DNA from: Bacillota bacterium
GTDB lineage: Bacteria; Bacillota; Clostridia; Acetivibrionales; DTU013
Length of the DNA stretch: 64,000 nt
Assembly (NCBI GenBank): GCA_023435925.1
Contig: JAEZLF010000310.1
Location: 999 to 64,998, forward strand
Reading direction: 5' to 3'
Under the pieces are notes generated by a model. The model had not been told where the DNA came from and ran no database searches. It was given only the letters and a program-made list of their open reading frames with translations. Of this stretch, positions 49,377 through 58,653 are shown piece by piece (within the stretch, counting starts at the first letter, position 1; the number at the start of each line of letters is the position of its first letter). Position numbers and translations under genes: made by a program.

Positions 49377-49505
49377 ATGAATACCGCAGTTAATCCACTG
49401 CTTTTGAACACATTCTATATCATCAACATCGGCTGGACTATATTAATTATCGTTAGGGAATTTGGCAGAATAGTCAAAGAGAAAAGGACACCCAGAACCA
49501 TCTAG
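49377..49505 (+). CDS. small single-TM peptide (42 aa)
   Basis: GGGAGG RBS. Translation: MNTAVNPLLLNTFYIINIGWTILIIVREFGRIVKEKRTPRTI. A 10-bp perfect hairpin GGGATAACTA..TAGTTATCCC lies downstream. Confidence 0.45.
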   Translation: MNTAVNPLLLNTFYIINIGWTILIIVREFGRIVKEKRTPRTI

Positions 49506-49685
49506 ATATCCCCTCCATAGAAAATCACTATTCATGGGATAACTATTCGCAGTAGTTATCCCTAGTTCTTTTAGTTTATCACATTTAGAGATTAACATTC
49601 AATATATTTCTTGACAAATTTAATATTCTGTGCATAAAATAGATCCTTTTTGTGGTTCAGGTGGTTTAATAAGTGGCTTTCTTTG

Positions 49686-50177
49686 TCAAGTAGTACGCAT
49701 GGGTATTTTCAAGATAACTTTTTTTGGTGTACTAATCATCTCCTTTTCCAAATCATCTAAAGTCAGTAAACATAAATTATAGATGAGTTCTTTATAAGAT
49801 GACTTTGATCTTTTGAAATCAATAATAAGGTAAATAATTAAACCCAAAGACATTAAATATGTAATAGCATCTCCACCTTGCAATTGCATTATTGAACTGA
49901 TAAATTGCATAGTTGTTGATAAAAAAATAGTAACGACAATTACTGCAATATTGATATCAAAGTTTGTAAGAAATCCTCTGTGTTTTCCTGATAATTTGTT
50001 TAACGTTATTCTCTCAACATTTATATCAAAATTTACATCTGTCATCTTTGGTTTATAATGATTATAAATCATTTTGTATAAATCTTCATTCTGTTTTCGC
50101 AAATCTTTGTCATTAACAAATTCTTTAAAAAGTTTACTATACTGCTCAAATGGATATAATTTGTTATTTTTTGACAT
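49686..50177 (-). CDS. hypothetical membrane protein
   Basis: Two central TM helices. The ATG at 50177 is preceded by a GAGGTG RBS. Confidence 0.5.
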   Translation of the reverse strand: MSKNNKLYPFEQYSKLFKEFVNDKDLRKQNEDLYKMIYNHYKPKMTDVNFDINVERITLNKLSGKHRGFLTNFDINIAVIVVTIFLSTTMQFISSIMQLQGGDAITYLMSLGLIIYLIIDFKRSKSSYKELIYNLCLLTLDDLEKEMISTPKKVILKIPMRTT

Positions 50178-50395
50178 AATGAAAATCACCTCATATTATT
50201 ATACTGCAAATTCTGGTAATTTTCTTCATGTTTTAGCAAATCATTAGAAAAAATATTTCTATATTGAGTAATTGCAATAGGACTAAATTACTATATTTAT
50301 TTCCATTTTTCGTATTGACTTGTATATCAAAAGTGGTACAATATGCTGTGCAAGAACAAATGTTCATACAATATTTTGTAAAAGGGGGTGAGATA

Positions 50396-50545
50396 ATGCC
50401 AGCAAAGAAAAATAGTGTTAGAACTACAAAAAGTACTGCTACTAAAGCAGCGAAAGCGCTAAGTAATCCCAATTCACCAACACTTCTAAAAAAACTTGCA
50501 GCAAGTTCATTAAGCAACCGGCGGAAAAAGAATAAAGGCTCTTGA
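50396..50545 (+). CDS. small (49 aa) very basic protein
   Basis: AAGGGGGTGA RBS. Translation: MPAKKNSVRTTKSTATKAAKALSNPNSPTLLKKLAASSLSNRRKKNKGS. A GGGCAG..CTGCCC plus T-run terminator lies downstream. Confidence 0.5.
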   Translation: MPAKKNSVRTTKSTATKAAKALSNPNSPTLLKKLAASSLSNRRKKNKGS

Positions 50546-50692
50546 TACATATCTAAGCCTTTATCTAACTGTTTTATTTCATATGGGCAGGTCTCTCGCA
50601 AAGGCTGCCCTATTTTTCTGTAGATTATTTCTACATAGAATTAAAAAATCCTGCTAAATTAAATTATTTATTGTGTAAATTTTCACACAATG

Positions 50693-50720
50693 AAAAAGGC
50701 CTCCGATTAGGGAGGTCAAA
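50693..50720 (-). terminator. rho-independent terminator
   Basis: Minus strand GACCUCC-CUAAUC-GGAGGCC followed by UUUUUC. Confidence 0.55.
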
Positions 50721-50801
50721 TAGTTAATCTCTTCTCGGATCTACTTGTTTTTTAGTTTCAATGAAAGATAAATTTTCCCAAGGTAAGTAAGCATGATGCT
50801 T

Positions 50802-51026
50802 TTAATACACCCTAGTTACAGGAATAAAAACATTTGTACCAACTATCTCCATTTCATAAAATCCGTTATTAGTATAAATCCTAGCTTGAGGCATATAAAA
50901 ATAGAAATAATAATAATAATATTGAGACTGTTGCCATGTCTGCCTATTTGTTAATTTTACTATCGTTTCGCCTTCCCAACCATTGAATTCTCCATCAACT
51001 TGTCCAGTTAAATATAATTTTCTCAT
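50802..51026 (-). CDS. hypothetical small protein with an aromatic run (QYYYYYFYFY)
   Basis: The ATG at 51026 lies 6 nt after a GGAGG RBS. Confidence 0.5.
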   Translation of the reverse strand: MRKLYLTGQVDGEFNGWEGETIVKLTNRQTWQQSQYYYYYFYFYMPQARIYTNNGFYEMEIVGTNVFIPVTRVY

Positions 51027-51326
51027 AACAATCCTCCACACAAAATTCTTCACATATTATACCATATTATAGATATAAATGAAATGTTTTGGTGGTTGAG
51101 TTAGAGGTTACTAGGTCAGTAGTACAGTAGAAGGGTACTACTAAATTGCAGATACCCTTTACCAATTTGATTTATATGTATTCGCTATTGATCGGCGAAT
51201 GAAAAGCAATTTTACAAAGTTTTCCCTTTTATCAGGTAGCCCCTATACGGGGCATCTTCCATCAATCTTTTATATCCCAAATTAATAAAAGCATAGTTTG
51301 TGGCAATGTTCTCTAATTTCAATTCT

Positions 51327-51770
51327 CTATACTTTTTTATCTTCATTTATTCCCCTAAATCCTTTTGTAAGTTCCTTCAACTCTTCTAAAACTTCCTTCA
51401 TGCTCTTACCCTTATTAGCTAAATAATCGTCATAGCAGCCCTGATTAATAAGCATAACCTTTATATCATTATTTATCTTCCTTATACTCAATGAGTCTGG
51501 GAACCTATAACCTCTATCATCTATTAATAAAGCAATATTATCACCATCTAAACCGTCATAAAGCATAATCCTATCTTCAGTAATTTCAATGCCTGTACAT
51601 TCCGGCAGAAATAAAATATCTATAAAATAATTCTTAAACTTACCGCTAACTGGTTTACTAAATAGATAATGCTCTTTTGTGTTAATATAATACTCATGAC
51701 CAATTAATACTCCATTATTTTCAACCAAAATCGCATTCAATATTGCTTCAATATTAACCTGCATCTTCAT
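51327..51770 (-). CDS. hypothetical protein
   Basis: 147-aa ORF that overlaps the upstream GIY-YIG gene by 17 nt. Confidence 0.5.
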   Translation of the reverse strand: MKMQVNIEAILNAILVENNGVLIGHEYYINTKEHYLFSKPVSGKFKNYFIDILFLPECTGIEITEDRIMLYDGLDGDNIALLIDDRGYRFPDSLSIRKINNDIKVMLINQGCYDDYLANKGKSMKEVLEELKELTKGFRGINEDKKV

Positions 51771-52254
51771 TATCCTCCTCTAAACTTCCCCATCTTTTAC
51801 CATTGACTATTCTGCTGATATGTACTGTGCTAACCTTAAATCTTTCAGCTAGTTCCACCTGAGTATAATCCCCTTCTCTATAGAGCTGCCTTATTGCATA
51901 TACGTCTTGCTCCGACAATCTACAATTACCGTTATTACTACCTTGCTGGCATTGAGATTTTATTAATTTCGCTTCTTGGCTGTTAAAGGGTGTTCGACCT
52001 GGCTTTATTTTATTGAGGACGGTAAACAAACTTGACATATAACCAATCCAAAACTCTTCTCTTTCCTGCAATTCTTCAACAGTACACTCCTCTAGAATCT
52101 CATATTTTGTATTATCAAAATCCTTAAAATAAGGATGTATTCCCTTTTTGATCCTTGCAAGATGATTTGACCACCTACGTTTTATATCTATACTTGCCCC
52201 AATGTAAGCCTGATTTGTGTTTGTGATCATATAAATTCCTATGTACTTCTTCAT
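51754..52254 (-). CDS. GIY-YIG nuclease-domain protein with C-terminal HTH
   Basis: IGIYMITN...AYIGASIDIKRRWSNH is GIY-YIG-like. The C-terminus YTQVELAERFKVSTVHISRIVNGKRW is an HTH. Confidence 0.7.
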   Translation of the reverse strand: MKKYIGIYMITNTNQAYIGASIDIKRRWSNHLARIKKGIHPYFKDFDNTKYEILEECTVEELQEREEFWIGYMSSLFTVLNKIKPGRTPFNSQEAKLIKSQCQQGSNNGNCRLSEQDVYAIRQLYREGDYTQVELAERFKVSTVHISRIVNGKRWGSLEEDNEDAG

Positions 52255-52353
52255 TTTTAAATTCCTCCATTACTGCTGCTGTTATACCAATGTGCTTAAA
52301 TCTCACTGTTATTTCAAATTTGAATTCAACTATCTTTGATATTTGTAAATAAA

Positions 52354-52632
52354 CTATGCCAATGCTTCACTCATGAGCTGTCTTGTAATTTTATAATTTC
52401 TCAGAAAATTGTAGATTGCAAGATCAATACTATTATCCGGCATGTAAAAACTGTTAAGACACTGCTGCACCGAATCATCCATTTCAAACACCAAGTACGC
52501 CATTCCATCTTCATCTACCGCAGCATACAATGGTTGGTACCCTTTTGTTAAAAGCCATGCACATTTATTAGCAGACTTCAATTTGATTATAGATTCATTT
52601 TCATTCACTATTTTATTTGTCCTCCATTTCAT
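52354..52632 (-). CDS. hypothetical small phage protein
   Basis: 92-aa ORF. Confidence 0.45.
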   Translation of the reverse strand: MKWRTNKIVNENESIIKLKSANKCAWLLTKGYQPLYAAVDEDGMAYLVFEMDDSVQQCLNSFYMPDNSIDLAIYNFLRNYKITRQLMSEALA

Positions 52633-52932
52633 ATTTTTTTTGTTGACAATATACTATTGCAATGGTAGTATATATTTGAGATATTTTAGACATTTTCCAA
52701 AAAACGCATATAAGAAAGGTGTTGCAGTTAACAACACCCATCTATATCGTAGTCCAAACAAAATGCCTCTGCATTTCTCCTACTTATATTCCTTATACTC
52801 AACTTTACACAAACGCTATAGCACGCTTATATTAAGGCTTTGGAGCACAATTCAATTATTTATATGTTACCATAATCTCTGTATAACCTTGATAATATTG
52901 GACAAATTTACATTTTCTAAATGTGGAATATG

Positions 52933-55758
52933 TTATGATGCTTTTCTTTTTCTATCTCTTTCTTTAATCTTTTCTTCGGCACAGTTAGGGCACATCTTTT
53001 GTCGATTGCTTTTCTTCTCGAATTTTTCATTGCAACAGGTACAAACACTGAGTTTATCAATTCTTCTGACAACACCTGTGAGATCTGATTTAATATTATC
53101 ACAAAGATTATCATACACATATCCACCAAGTATATCAAACAGAAAGCTTTTTCCTGATTCCGATTTCTCCGTAAATACATATTTTATAATATTGTCTACA
53201 GCAAAATGTATATTAATATCCAGACTTATTATATCTTTGACAAAATCTATTAATAGGCTCTGGTTAGTAAGTCTTGCAACTTCTCTTTCATCCAATTCCT
53301 CAAAATTATTAGCATTATTGTATATATACGCTTGCTGCTGTAATCCCACATACTTTTGATAAATTTCAATGACTCTATTATCTATTTCAATTCTGGAATC
53401 GTTCATCATCTTACGGTAGTTAAATCGAGGAATATTTTCAAAATTAAAATTAGTATGGGGAATATCTTCAATTATTTGTGCAATCCTATCAACCGTACCT
53501 TCTCCTACACCAATATCTAAGCATTTGCTACTATCATAATCCTTTGCAAACTTAAAGAAGTAAGGCATTTCCCTATCACTTTTTAGAAATTGTCTCATTC
53601 TCTTATTGATTGTGACAAAATCTAATGACTTGGCACTATCTATCGAAAAGTTATTTAGTGCAGTCAATATTTTTGCTTTCTTTAGCAATACTTTCTTTTC
53701 ATCATCATTTGCCCCAGGATACATATTCCAGATTTGTGTCATTTTATTGGAATACTTTCCTACATTGCCTACCTTATAAGCGTAAGTCAAACTGTCATAT
53801 ATATGCTCATTATTAACTATCTGACAACCTGCAACACCCATTTCATAATACAACGGATTAATTCCTTCCATATTTCTTTTTGCTATTTTTATCAAGTCAT
53901 TTTGGTTTACAATAAGCAATTGATCCCCGTCACAGTCATACATAAGTACTTTACTAGCCAAATCATGAATGTTTACATATATAGCATTAGTGAGGAACCA
54001 ATCTTTATGCTCATTTCGCTTTCTATTGTTTGTTATCCAATGTTCTTTATATAGACTGGGTGACCTATTCAGCAATATTTCTTTTTGCGGAAACATTCTG
54101 CAATGTACTTCTTTTTCTTTCAATAAACCTTTTGGATTCTTATCACCTTTAAATATGTATTCACAGTAACTATACAGATCAGGTATAACAAAGGCATATG
54201 CAGCATCAATTTTTATCTTTCCTGCTTTAGCTGATTTTTTAATACTGGTTAGTTTATCTTCTATCCTATTTTTTACCCAAATATCACGTATAATTGATGG
54301 ATACTTATTAACACAGATAGCCAGATTAGATTGTTCATCATAGCCAAGTACTTTAAGCATAGCGTCAATCTTAGTATGTGCATTTATTATTAGCTCTACT
54401 GTTGGCTGAGTCAGTACCTTCAATTCTTCATCTGTAATATCTGTCAATGTCTGGAGCATCTGATAATTGTAAGTTGCTTTTTTATAGTAATATTTATCCT
54501 TATTCCTATTGGTCTTAATATCTTCCTCAATGTTACATTTACTTGCTTCACATCCATGTTCCTTGAACAATTGTTTATACATATCCCAACCAGAAAGTGT
54601 AGTCCCATTTTCGGCATTATATTTTTCCGCTAATGTCTTATAATACTTCCACATCTTAAACTGACTTTTACTGAAGATTATCTGAATATTTTCCTCAAAA
54701 ATATCGTGCTCAATGTTATATATATCTGTAACTTTATAATTGCCATTATTTTCACTTTGGCACCATCTTTTAATGTCCCATACTGCAAGCAGACCTTTCA
54801 TCCAAGGAAGTCTAATCATAAAGTTTTTGTCGGATAATTCTGGACTTATCATTCCAGCACCATCAATATGATTTATGGTTATATCCTTATCTACATCAGG
54901 AGTAACTTCCAAATTCCTACTGATGTAATCTACTTTACCAGTAACTATAGTTTCGAAATCATCACATACAATACATCTATCAATGCAAAAACCATCCCAT
55001 ACATCAGTAGCAGATAATTGTAATGCCAAATAACTAAGCATTTTATTAATATTGCAGCCTTGATATTCAGATTCATTCATATCTTGTATATCTAATCCGC
55101 ACTGTACTTTGTCTTTATGCTGATTCCAAAGAGACTCTTTGATAAAAAGTATCTTGTGTTTGCGAATTTGACCAGCACTAGCAGTCAAAGTAATATATTT
55201 CTCTTCTCTCCATCTGAAGCCATTATCAATAATAGACTTCATAATATTATTTTCATGCTCTGATACTATCCTAATCACAATAATATCATCGGTTATTTTG
55301 TTTTCTCCCAAGTCTAATATTCTACTAAGAGAACCTTCAAACACTGATATAGTATGATATTCAGATAATTCTTTGGTGATCTTCCTATTATTATTTTTGT
55401 TTCTATTTAATAATTCCGCTAAATATTTTTCAGCCTTTGTAATTTTATTATTAATCTCATTGTAAAAGACATTCTCTTTCAATGCATTTTTATAATCTGT
55501 TGATTGTCTCAAATATTTATGCTTCTTTACAAATTGATTGAACGACTTCTTTTTATGATACTTTAAATCTCTTACTTCCTGCCAATTTTTATACTTTAGT
55601 TTTTCAGTATCTTTATTGACAATTTGATATAATGTGAAATTCATAATAGCATACTTAATTGTATTAAGATTACTGATTGCTTTATTAATTTTATTTTCTT
55701 TTTTTGTGAAGAATACTCTAGTATCCACACTGTACATCTTAAATTGTCTATTCATCAT
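52933..55758 (-). CDS. YonO / RdRP-like two-barrel single-subunit RNA polymerase candidate with C-terminal zinc ribbon
   Basis: IRLPWMKGLLAVWD is like the first double-psi beta-barrel (R.P..KG.L). LLNRSPSLYKEH ... VLMYDCDGDQLLIV matches the R.P.L...H ... DxDGD catalytic loop of cellular RdRPs, YonO and the beta-prime NADFDGD motif. The C-terminus is CTCC...CPNC. Confidence 0.7.
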   Translation of the reverse strand: MMNRQFKMYSVDTRVFFTKKENKINKAISNLNTIKYAIMNFTLYQIVNKDTEKLKYKNWQEVRDLKYHKKKSFNQFVKKHKYLRQSTDYKNALKENVFYNEINNKITKAEKYLAELLNRNKNNNRKITKELSEYHTISVFEGSLSRILDLGENKITDDIIVIRIVSEHENNIMKSIIDNGFRWREEKYITLTASAGQIRKHKILFIKESLWNQHKDKVQCGLDIQDMNESEYQGCNINKMLSYLALQLSATDVWDGFCIDRCIVCDDFETIVTGKVDYISRNLEVTPDVDKDITINHIDGAGMISPELSDKNFMIRLPWMKGLLAVWDIKRWCQSENNGNYKVTDIYNIEHDIFEENIQIIFSKSQFKMWKYYKTLAEKYNAENGTTLSGWDMYKQLFKEHGCEASKCNIEEDIKTNRNKDKYYYKKATYNYQMLQTLTDITDEELKVLTQPTVELIINAHTKIDAMLKVLGYDEQSNLAICVNKYPSIIRDIWVKNRIEDKLTSIKKSAKAGKIKIDAAYAFVIPDLYSYCEYIFKGDKNPKGLLKEKEVHCRMFPQKEILLNRSPSLYKEHWITNNRKRNEHKDWFLTNAIYVNIHDLASKVLMYDCDGDQLLIVNQNDLIKIAKRNMEGINPLYYEMGVAGCQIVNNEHIYDSLTYAYKVGNVGKYSNKMTQIWNMYPGANDDEKKVLLKKAKILTALNNFSIDSAKSLDFVTINKRMRQFLKSDREMPYFFKFAKDYDSSKCLDIGVGEGTVDRIAQIIEDIPHTNFNFENIPRFNYRKMMNDSRIEIDNRVIEIYQKYVGLQQQAYIYNNANNFEELDEREVARLTNQSLLIDFVKDIISLDINIHFAVDNIIKYVFTEKSESGKSFLFDILGGYVYDNLCDNIKSDLTGVVRRIDKLSVCTCCNEKFEKKSNRQKMCPNCAEEKIKERDRKRKAS

Positions 55759-55805
55759 AACTTACAATTTCCTCCTATTCATACATTTTGTTTGTTTAGT
55801 TAATT

Positions 55806-57236
55806 CTAAAATGATATACATTCTTCATATTTCTCATTTTCATCAATCATGTCTTGGCATAGCTCACAATACTCTTGACCAGGCAGAGCATTTTCTTGTT
55901 TGCAGCAGGAACATAGTTTATTGATTTGATTAGTAAGAACAATACTTTCAGGTATTTTATCTTTCTTTTTATTTGGATCCCCAGTTTTATTACCTGATCT
56001 TTTAAATTCCAAAAAACCATCATAAGAAGCATGTGTACAACTGGTAAACTGCTTCAAGTACCATTCAACAGTCATTTTTCCATCAATGATTCTTTGAATA
56101 AGGTCTTCATCCTTTTCGGAATAATAACTACCTATATATTCCTTCATCAAATCTACTTCTGGATTTTTTGAATTATAGAAATCATTTAGTTCATCAGAAA
56201 AGCTTCTGTTACTTCCAGATTGTTTATTTTCGCACTCCTCAGAACAATATTCAACAAATGCTTCAACTGGTTTTCCGCATGTTTGGCATACAGAACTTAT
56301 CTCTATGCAGCAACGATTACATAACCCCTGTGTTACCTTATCAACTTCATTACCACAACCTGAACATATAACTTTTTTCTTTTTATTGCCTTGTAGCGAT
56401 TTAGATTCTGGTTTATCTTTCTTTTGTTTCTTCTTTCCTGCAATATTCCAACCTTCATCCTTCTTCACTTTTTTGTAACCAGAAAGAATACACTTAAATA
56501 ATTCATGATATTGTTCTTCTGTCATATTTGGATAATCTTTAACCAAGATATAATGATATGCACCTGTAATACACTTATCATTCTGGTACATATCTCCGAC
56601 ACTGTCATATCTGATAAGGTTCAACTTAACAAGAATATCTAAATATTCCTTAATAGTATCTTTCTTATAAATAACACCATCATTTATGAAAGTATCAAAT
56701 GTTGGATAGCAGAATTTATATTGTTCTGAAGATAATCTTCCATCATCTTCACTTGGTTGGAAAATTCTACTTACAATATCACAGTAAATATTAAATAACT
56801 TGATATTGTTGATTGGTGTTTCTTTATAAGATAGAATCGAAATAATTTCATCTTCATCAATTTTCGAATATCCATATTCTGTTTCTGATTCATTGTTATA
56901 GTTTAAGGAAATTAATTCATCTGATCTTATGTTATCCAAATCAATATTTTGACCTATTGTAAATATTCCTGTATAGATAATTTTAGATAGAAACGATTTA
57001 AAATATTGTCTCTGTCTTTTGATGTTACCAGATATATCTATATAGAACTTATTGATATAACTTAAAATAGAATTTATCGAAACAACACAATCTCCATGAA
57101 TTGTTAACATACGCTTTAAACATATGTAATAAATTATGCAGAAAGAATATAGTTCACCAAATGATAAAATTGATTGCCAGTTCTTTTTACTATTTGGCCT
57201 AACACAGATATTGCTAAAACTAATATTATTCTTCAT
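55806..57236 (-). CDS. multi-zinc-ribbon early protein (candidate DNA-binding / replication-initiation protein)
   Basis: 476 aa with three CxxC...CxxC clusters (CSGCG..CNRCC, CQTCG..CSEEC, CSCCK..CELC) and a basic linker. An iteron array lies upstream. Confidence 0.4.
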   Translation of the reverse strand: MKNNISFSNICVRPNSKKNWQSILSFGELYSFCIIYYICLKRMLTIHGDCVVSINSILSYINKFYIDISGNIKRQRQYFKSFLSKIIYTGIFTIGQNIDLDNIRSDELISLNYNNESETEYGYSKIDEDEIISILSYKETPINNIKLFNIYCDIVSRIFQPSEDDGRLSSEQYKFCYPTFDTFINDGVIYKKDTIKEYLDILVKLNLIRYDSVGDMYQNDKCITGAYHYILVKDYPNMTEEQYHELFKCILSGYKKVKKDEGWNIAGKKKQKKDKPESKSLQGNKKKKVICSGCGNEVDKVTQGLCNRCCIEISSVCQTCGKPVEAFVEYCSEECENKQSGSNRSFSDELNDFYNSKNPEVDLMKEYIGSYYSEKDEDLIQRIIDGKMTVEWYLKQFTSCTHASYDGFLEFKRSGNKTGDPNKKKDKIPESIVLTNQINKLCSCCKQENALPGQEYCELCQDMIDENEKYEECISF

Positions 57237-57372
57237 ATTTGTATATACACCTTCACCCTTTCGTATTTAAAAATTTATATTTATAAATAGTTGCATTTTT
57301 CGCAAGAAAAATAGAATAAGTTTATTATTGTTTGTTTTTCTTAATGATTATTTTTATTACTGATTGTTTGAT

Positions 57373-57420
57373 TAATAGTGGTTATCTCTTAGTAGTGATT
57401 ATTTATTAGTAGAGATTATT
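57373..57420. repeat. three tandem TAGTRGWKATTAT repeats
   Basis: aatAGTGGTTATctc, ttAGTAGTGATTATtt and ttAGTAGAGATTATt, with a period of about 16 bp. Confidence 0.5.
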
Positions 57421-57466
57421 ACGGTCACTTGGCGTACCCACTTTGGGACATATAATCATGTTCATT

Positions 57467-57622
57467 TGTACCAATCTGGTACAGATAAACTACATCGTCT
57501 GTAACCATTTGGTACAGATAAACCATTTTGTGTGTTTCTTTTGGTTACAGATAAATGCTTCGATGTGTAACCAATTGGTACAGTAAAATTATTTATGTGT
57601 CCCTATTTGGTACAGACAAAAT
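57467..57622. repeat. five-unit iteron array: TGT(A)ACCA-N3-TGGTACAGATAAA, period about 33 bp (candidate origin or operator array)
   Basis: GGTACAG cores start at 57478, 57511, 57543, 57577 and 57609. Unit 1 contains the perfect palindrome TGTACCA-ATC-TGGTACA. Confidence 0.7.
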
Positions 57623-57940
57623 ATTCTGTTCTCGTTATGTATTCACTTTTCAAGGTGCAATAAATCAGGCCAGCTCCTACAGACATAATTTCACACATCT
57701 GTAGTAGTTGGATTTTCGATATCTGGACATGCGGAAACAAACCTCATGTTAAATATCAAATATTTTGTTTTTTTGAATGCATTGGAATTGCAAAACTTAC
57801 AGGCGGGATTTTATTTTTTTGTAACCGTACAGTATAAAATAATATCTCTCTTGTAATTAATTAATTTCTACATTCAGTGCCTTGGTATGACTACGTTTGC
57901 GCTATTTTTCTGAGACTATAAAATAATGTTAAATTATTTG

Positions 57941-57969
57941 TTGACAACTACCCTCCCTCATGTTATTAT
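57941..57969 (+). promoter_or_regulatory. near-consensus sigma-A promoter, rightward
   Basis: TTGACA, 17-nt spacer, TATTAT, preceded by a TGt extended -10. Confidence 0.6.
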
Positions 57970-58029
57970 TAGTTTGTGGTTAAAAACCACGTTTTATTTG
58001 CGTTTTCAAAAAGTACAGTCTCGAACTTG

Positions 58030-58058
58030 ATTATAGCAGGTCTGATTGTTTTTGTCAA
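58030..58058 (-). promoter_or_regulatory. perfect-consensus sigma-A promoter, leftward (toward the iterons, the zinc-ribbon protein and the RNAP-like gene)
   Basis: Minus strand: TTGACA, 17-nt spacer, TATAAT. Confidence 0.65.
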
Positions 58059-58326
58059 CCTGTTTTTTGTTAATTTTATCAACAAACTCATCATATCCAT
58101 CATATTTTTCTTTCAATTTATTTGATACGCTGAGTAACCTATTCTCTCACTGGTTTAATGACGTAGAAGAGCAGAAGGAATGTATCCTTATATGGGAATG
58201 CATAGATTAGCCAATTTTGATGCTTACAAACGATAATGGTGAAGTCTCTCACGAGTATCTGGTTAACTTCTTAGCAACTTTACTGAAACGCTTATAATCA
58301 CTCATTGAATGATTCTTTATATGCTT

Positions 58327-58653
58327 TTACTTTTTATCCTTTAGTTTTCTTGGTACAACATATAACCAGTATGTACCATCTGTCTTCTTATTAATCCTAA
58401 TAGAAAATTCGCCATATTGCTTTGTTGCACTAATGCTGTAGTTACCATAAGTATCTTCTTCAAACATTATTGGAAAATTAGAACTGCTTGCATACCCCAT
58501 ACTATAAAATTCTGTAATGCAATTTTCTATTGTATGATAGCTAAGATTTTCAATTTTACAACTTAAATTTTCCATATCAGTATCATCCTTTCGATCTACT
58601 GAGAGATACTTTCTATTCATACAAAATACCTCTATTGCCTTTTGACTAACCAT
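58327..58653 (-). CDS. hypothetical protein
   Basis: 108-aa ORF that overlaps the upstream gene by 22 nt. Confidence 0.5.
   Translation of the reverse strand: MVSQKAIEVFCMNRKYLSVDRKDDTDMENLSCKIENLSYHTIENCITEFYSMGYASSSNFPIMFEEDTYGNYSISATKQYGEFSIRINKKTDGTYWLYVVPRKLKDKK

Noticed and set aside
52583-53359. A 258-aa plus-strand ORF and many other antisense track ORFs (e.g. 1401..1760, 2531..2836, 3274..3642, 10247..10720, 13550..14212, 37458..37757, 42173..42769, 50233..50601, 63624..63974).
   Set aside because: They lie entirely inside, and antisense to, strongly supported genes. They have low-complexity or Cys/Ser/Leu-rich translations and no RBS, which makes them shadow ORFs.
57467-57622. The 33-bp periodic repeats were considered as a mini CRISPR array.
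   Set aside because: The repeats are short, imperfect and partly palindromic with variable flanks. The spacers are about 10-20 nt and AT-rich, and no cas genes or leader are present. An iteron or operator array fits better.
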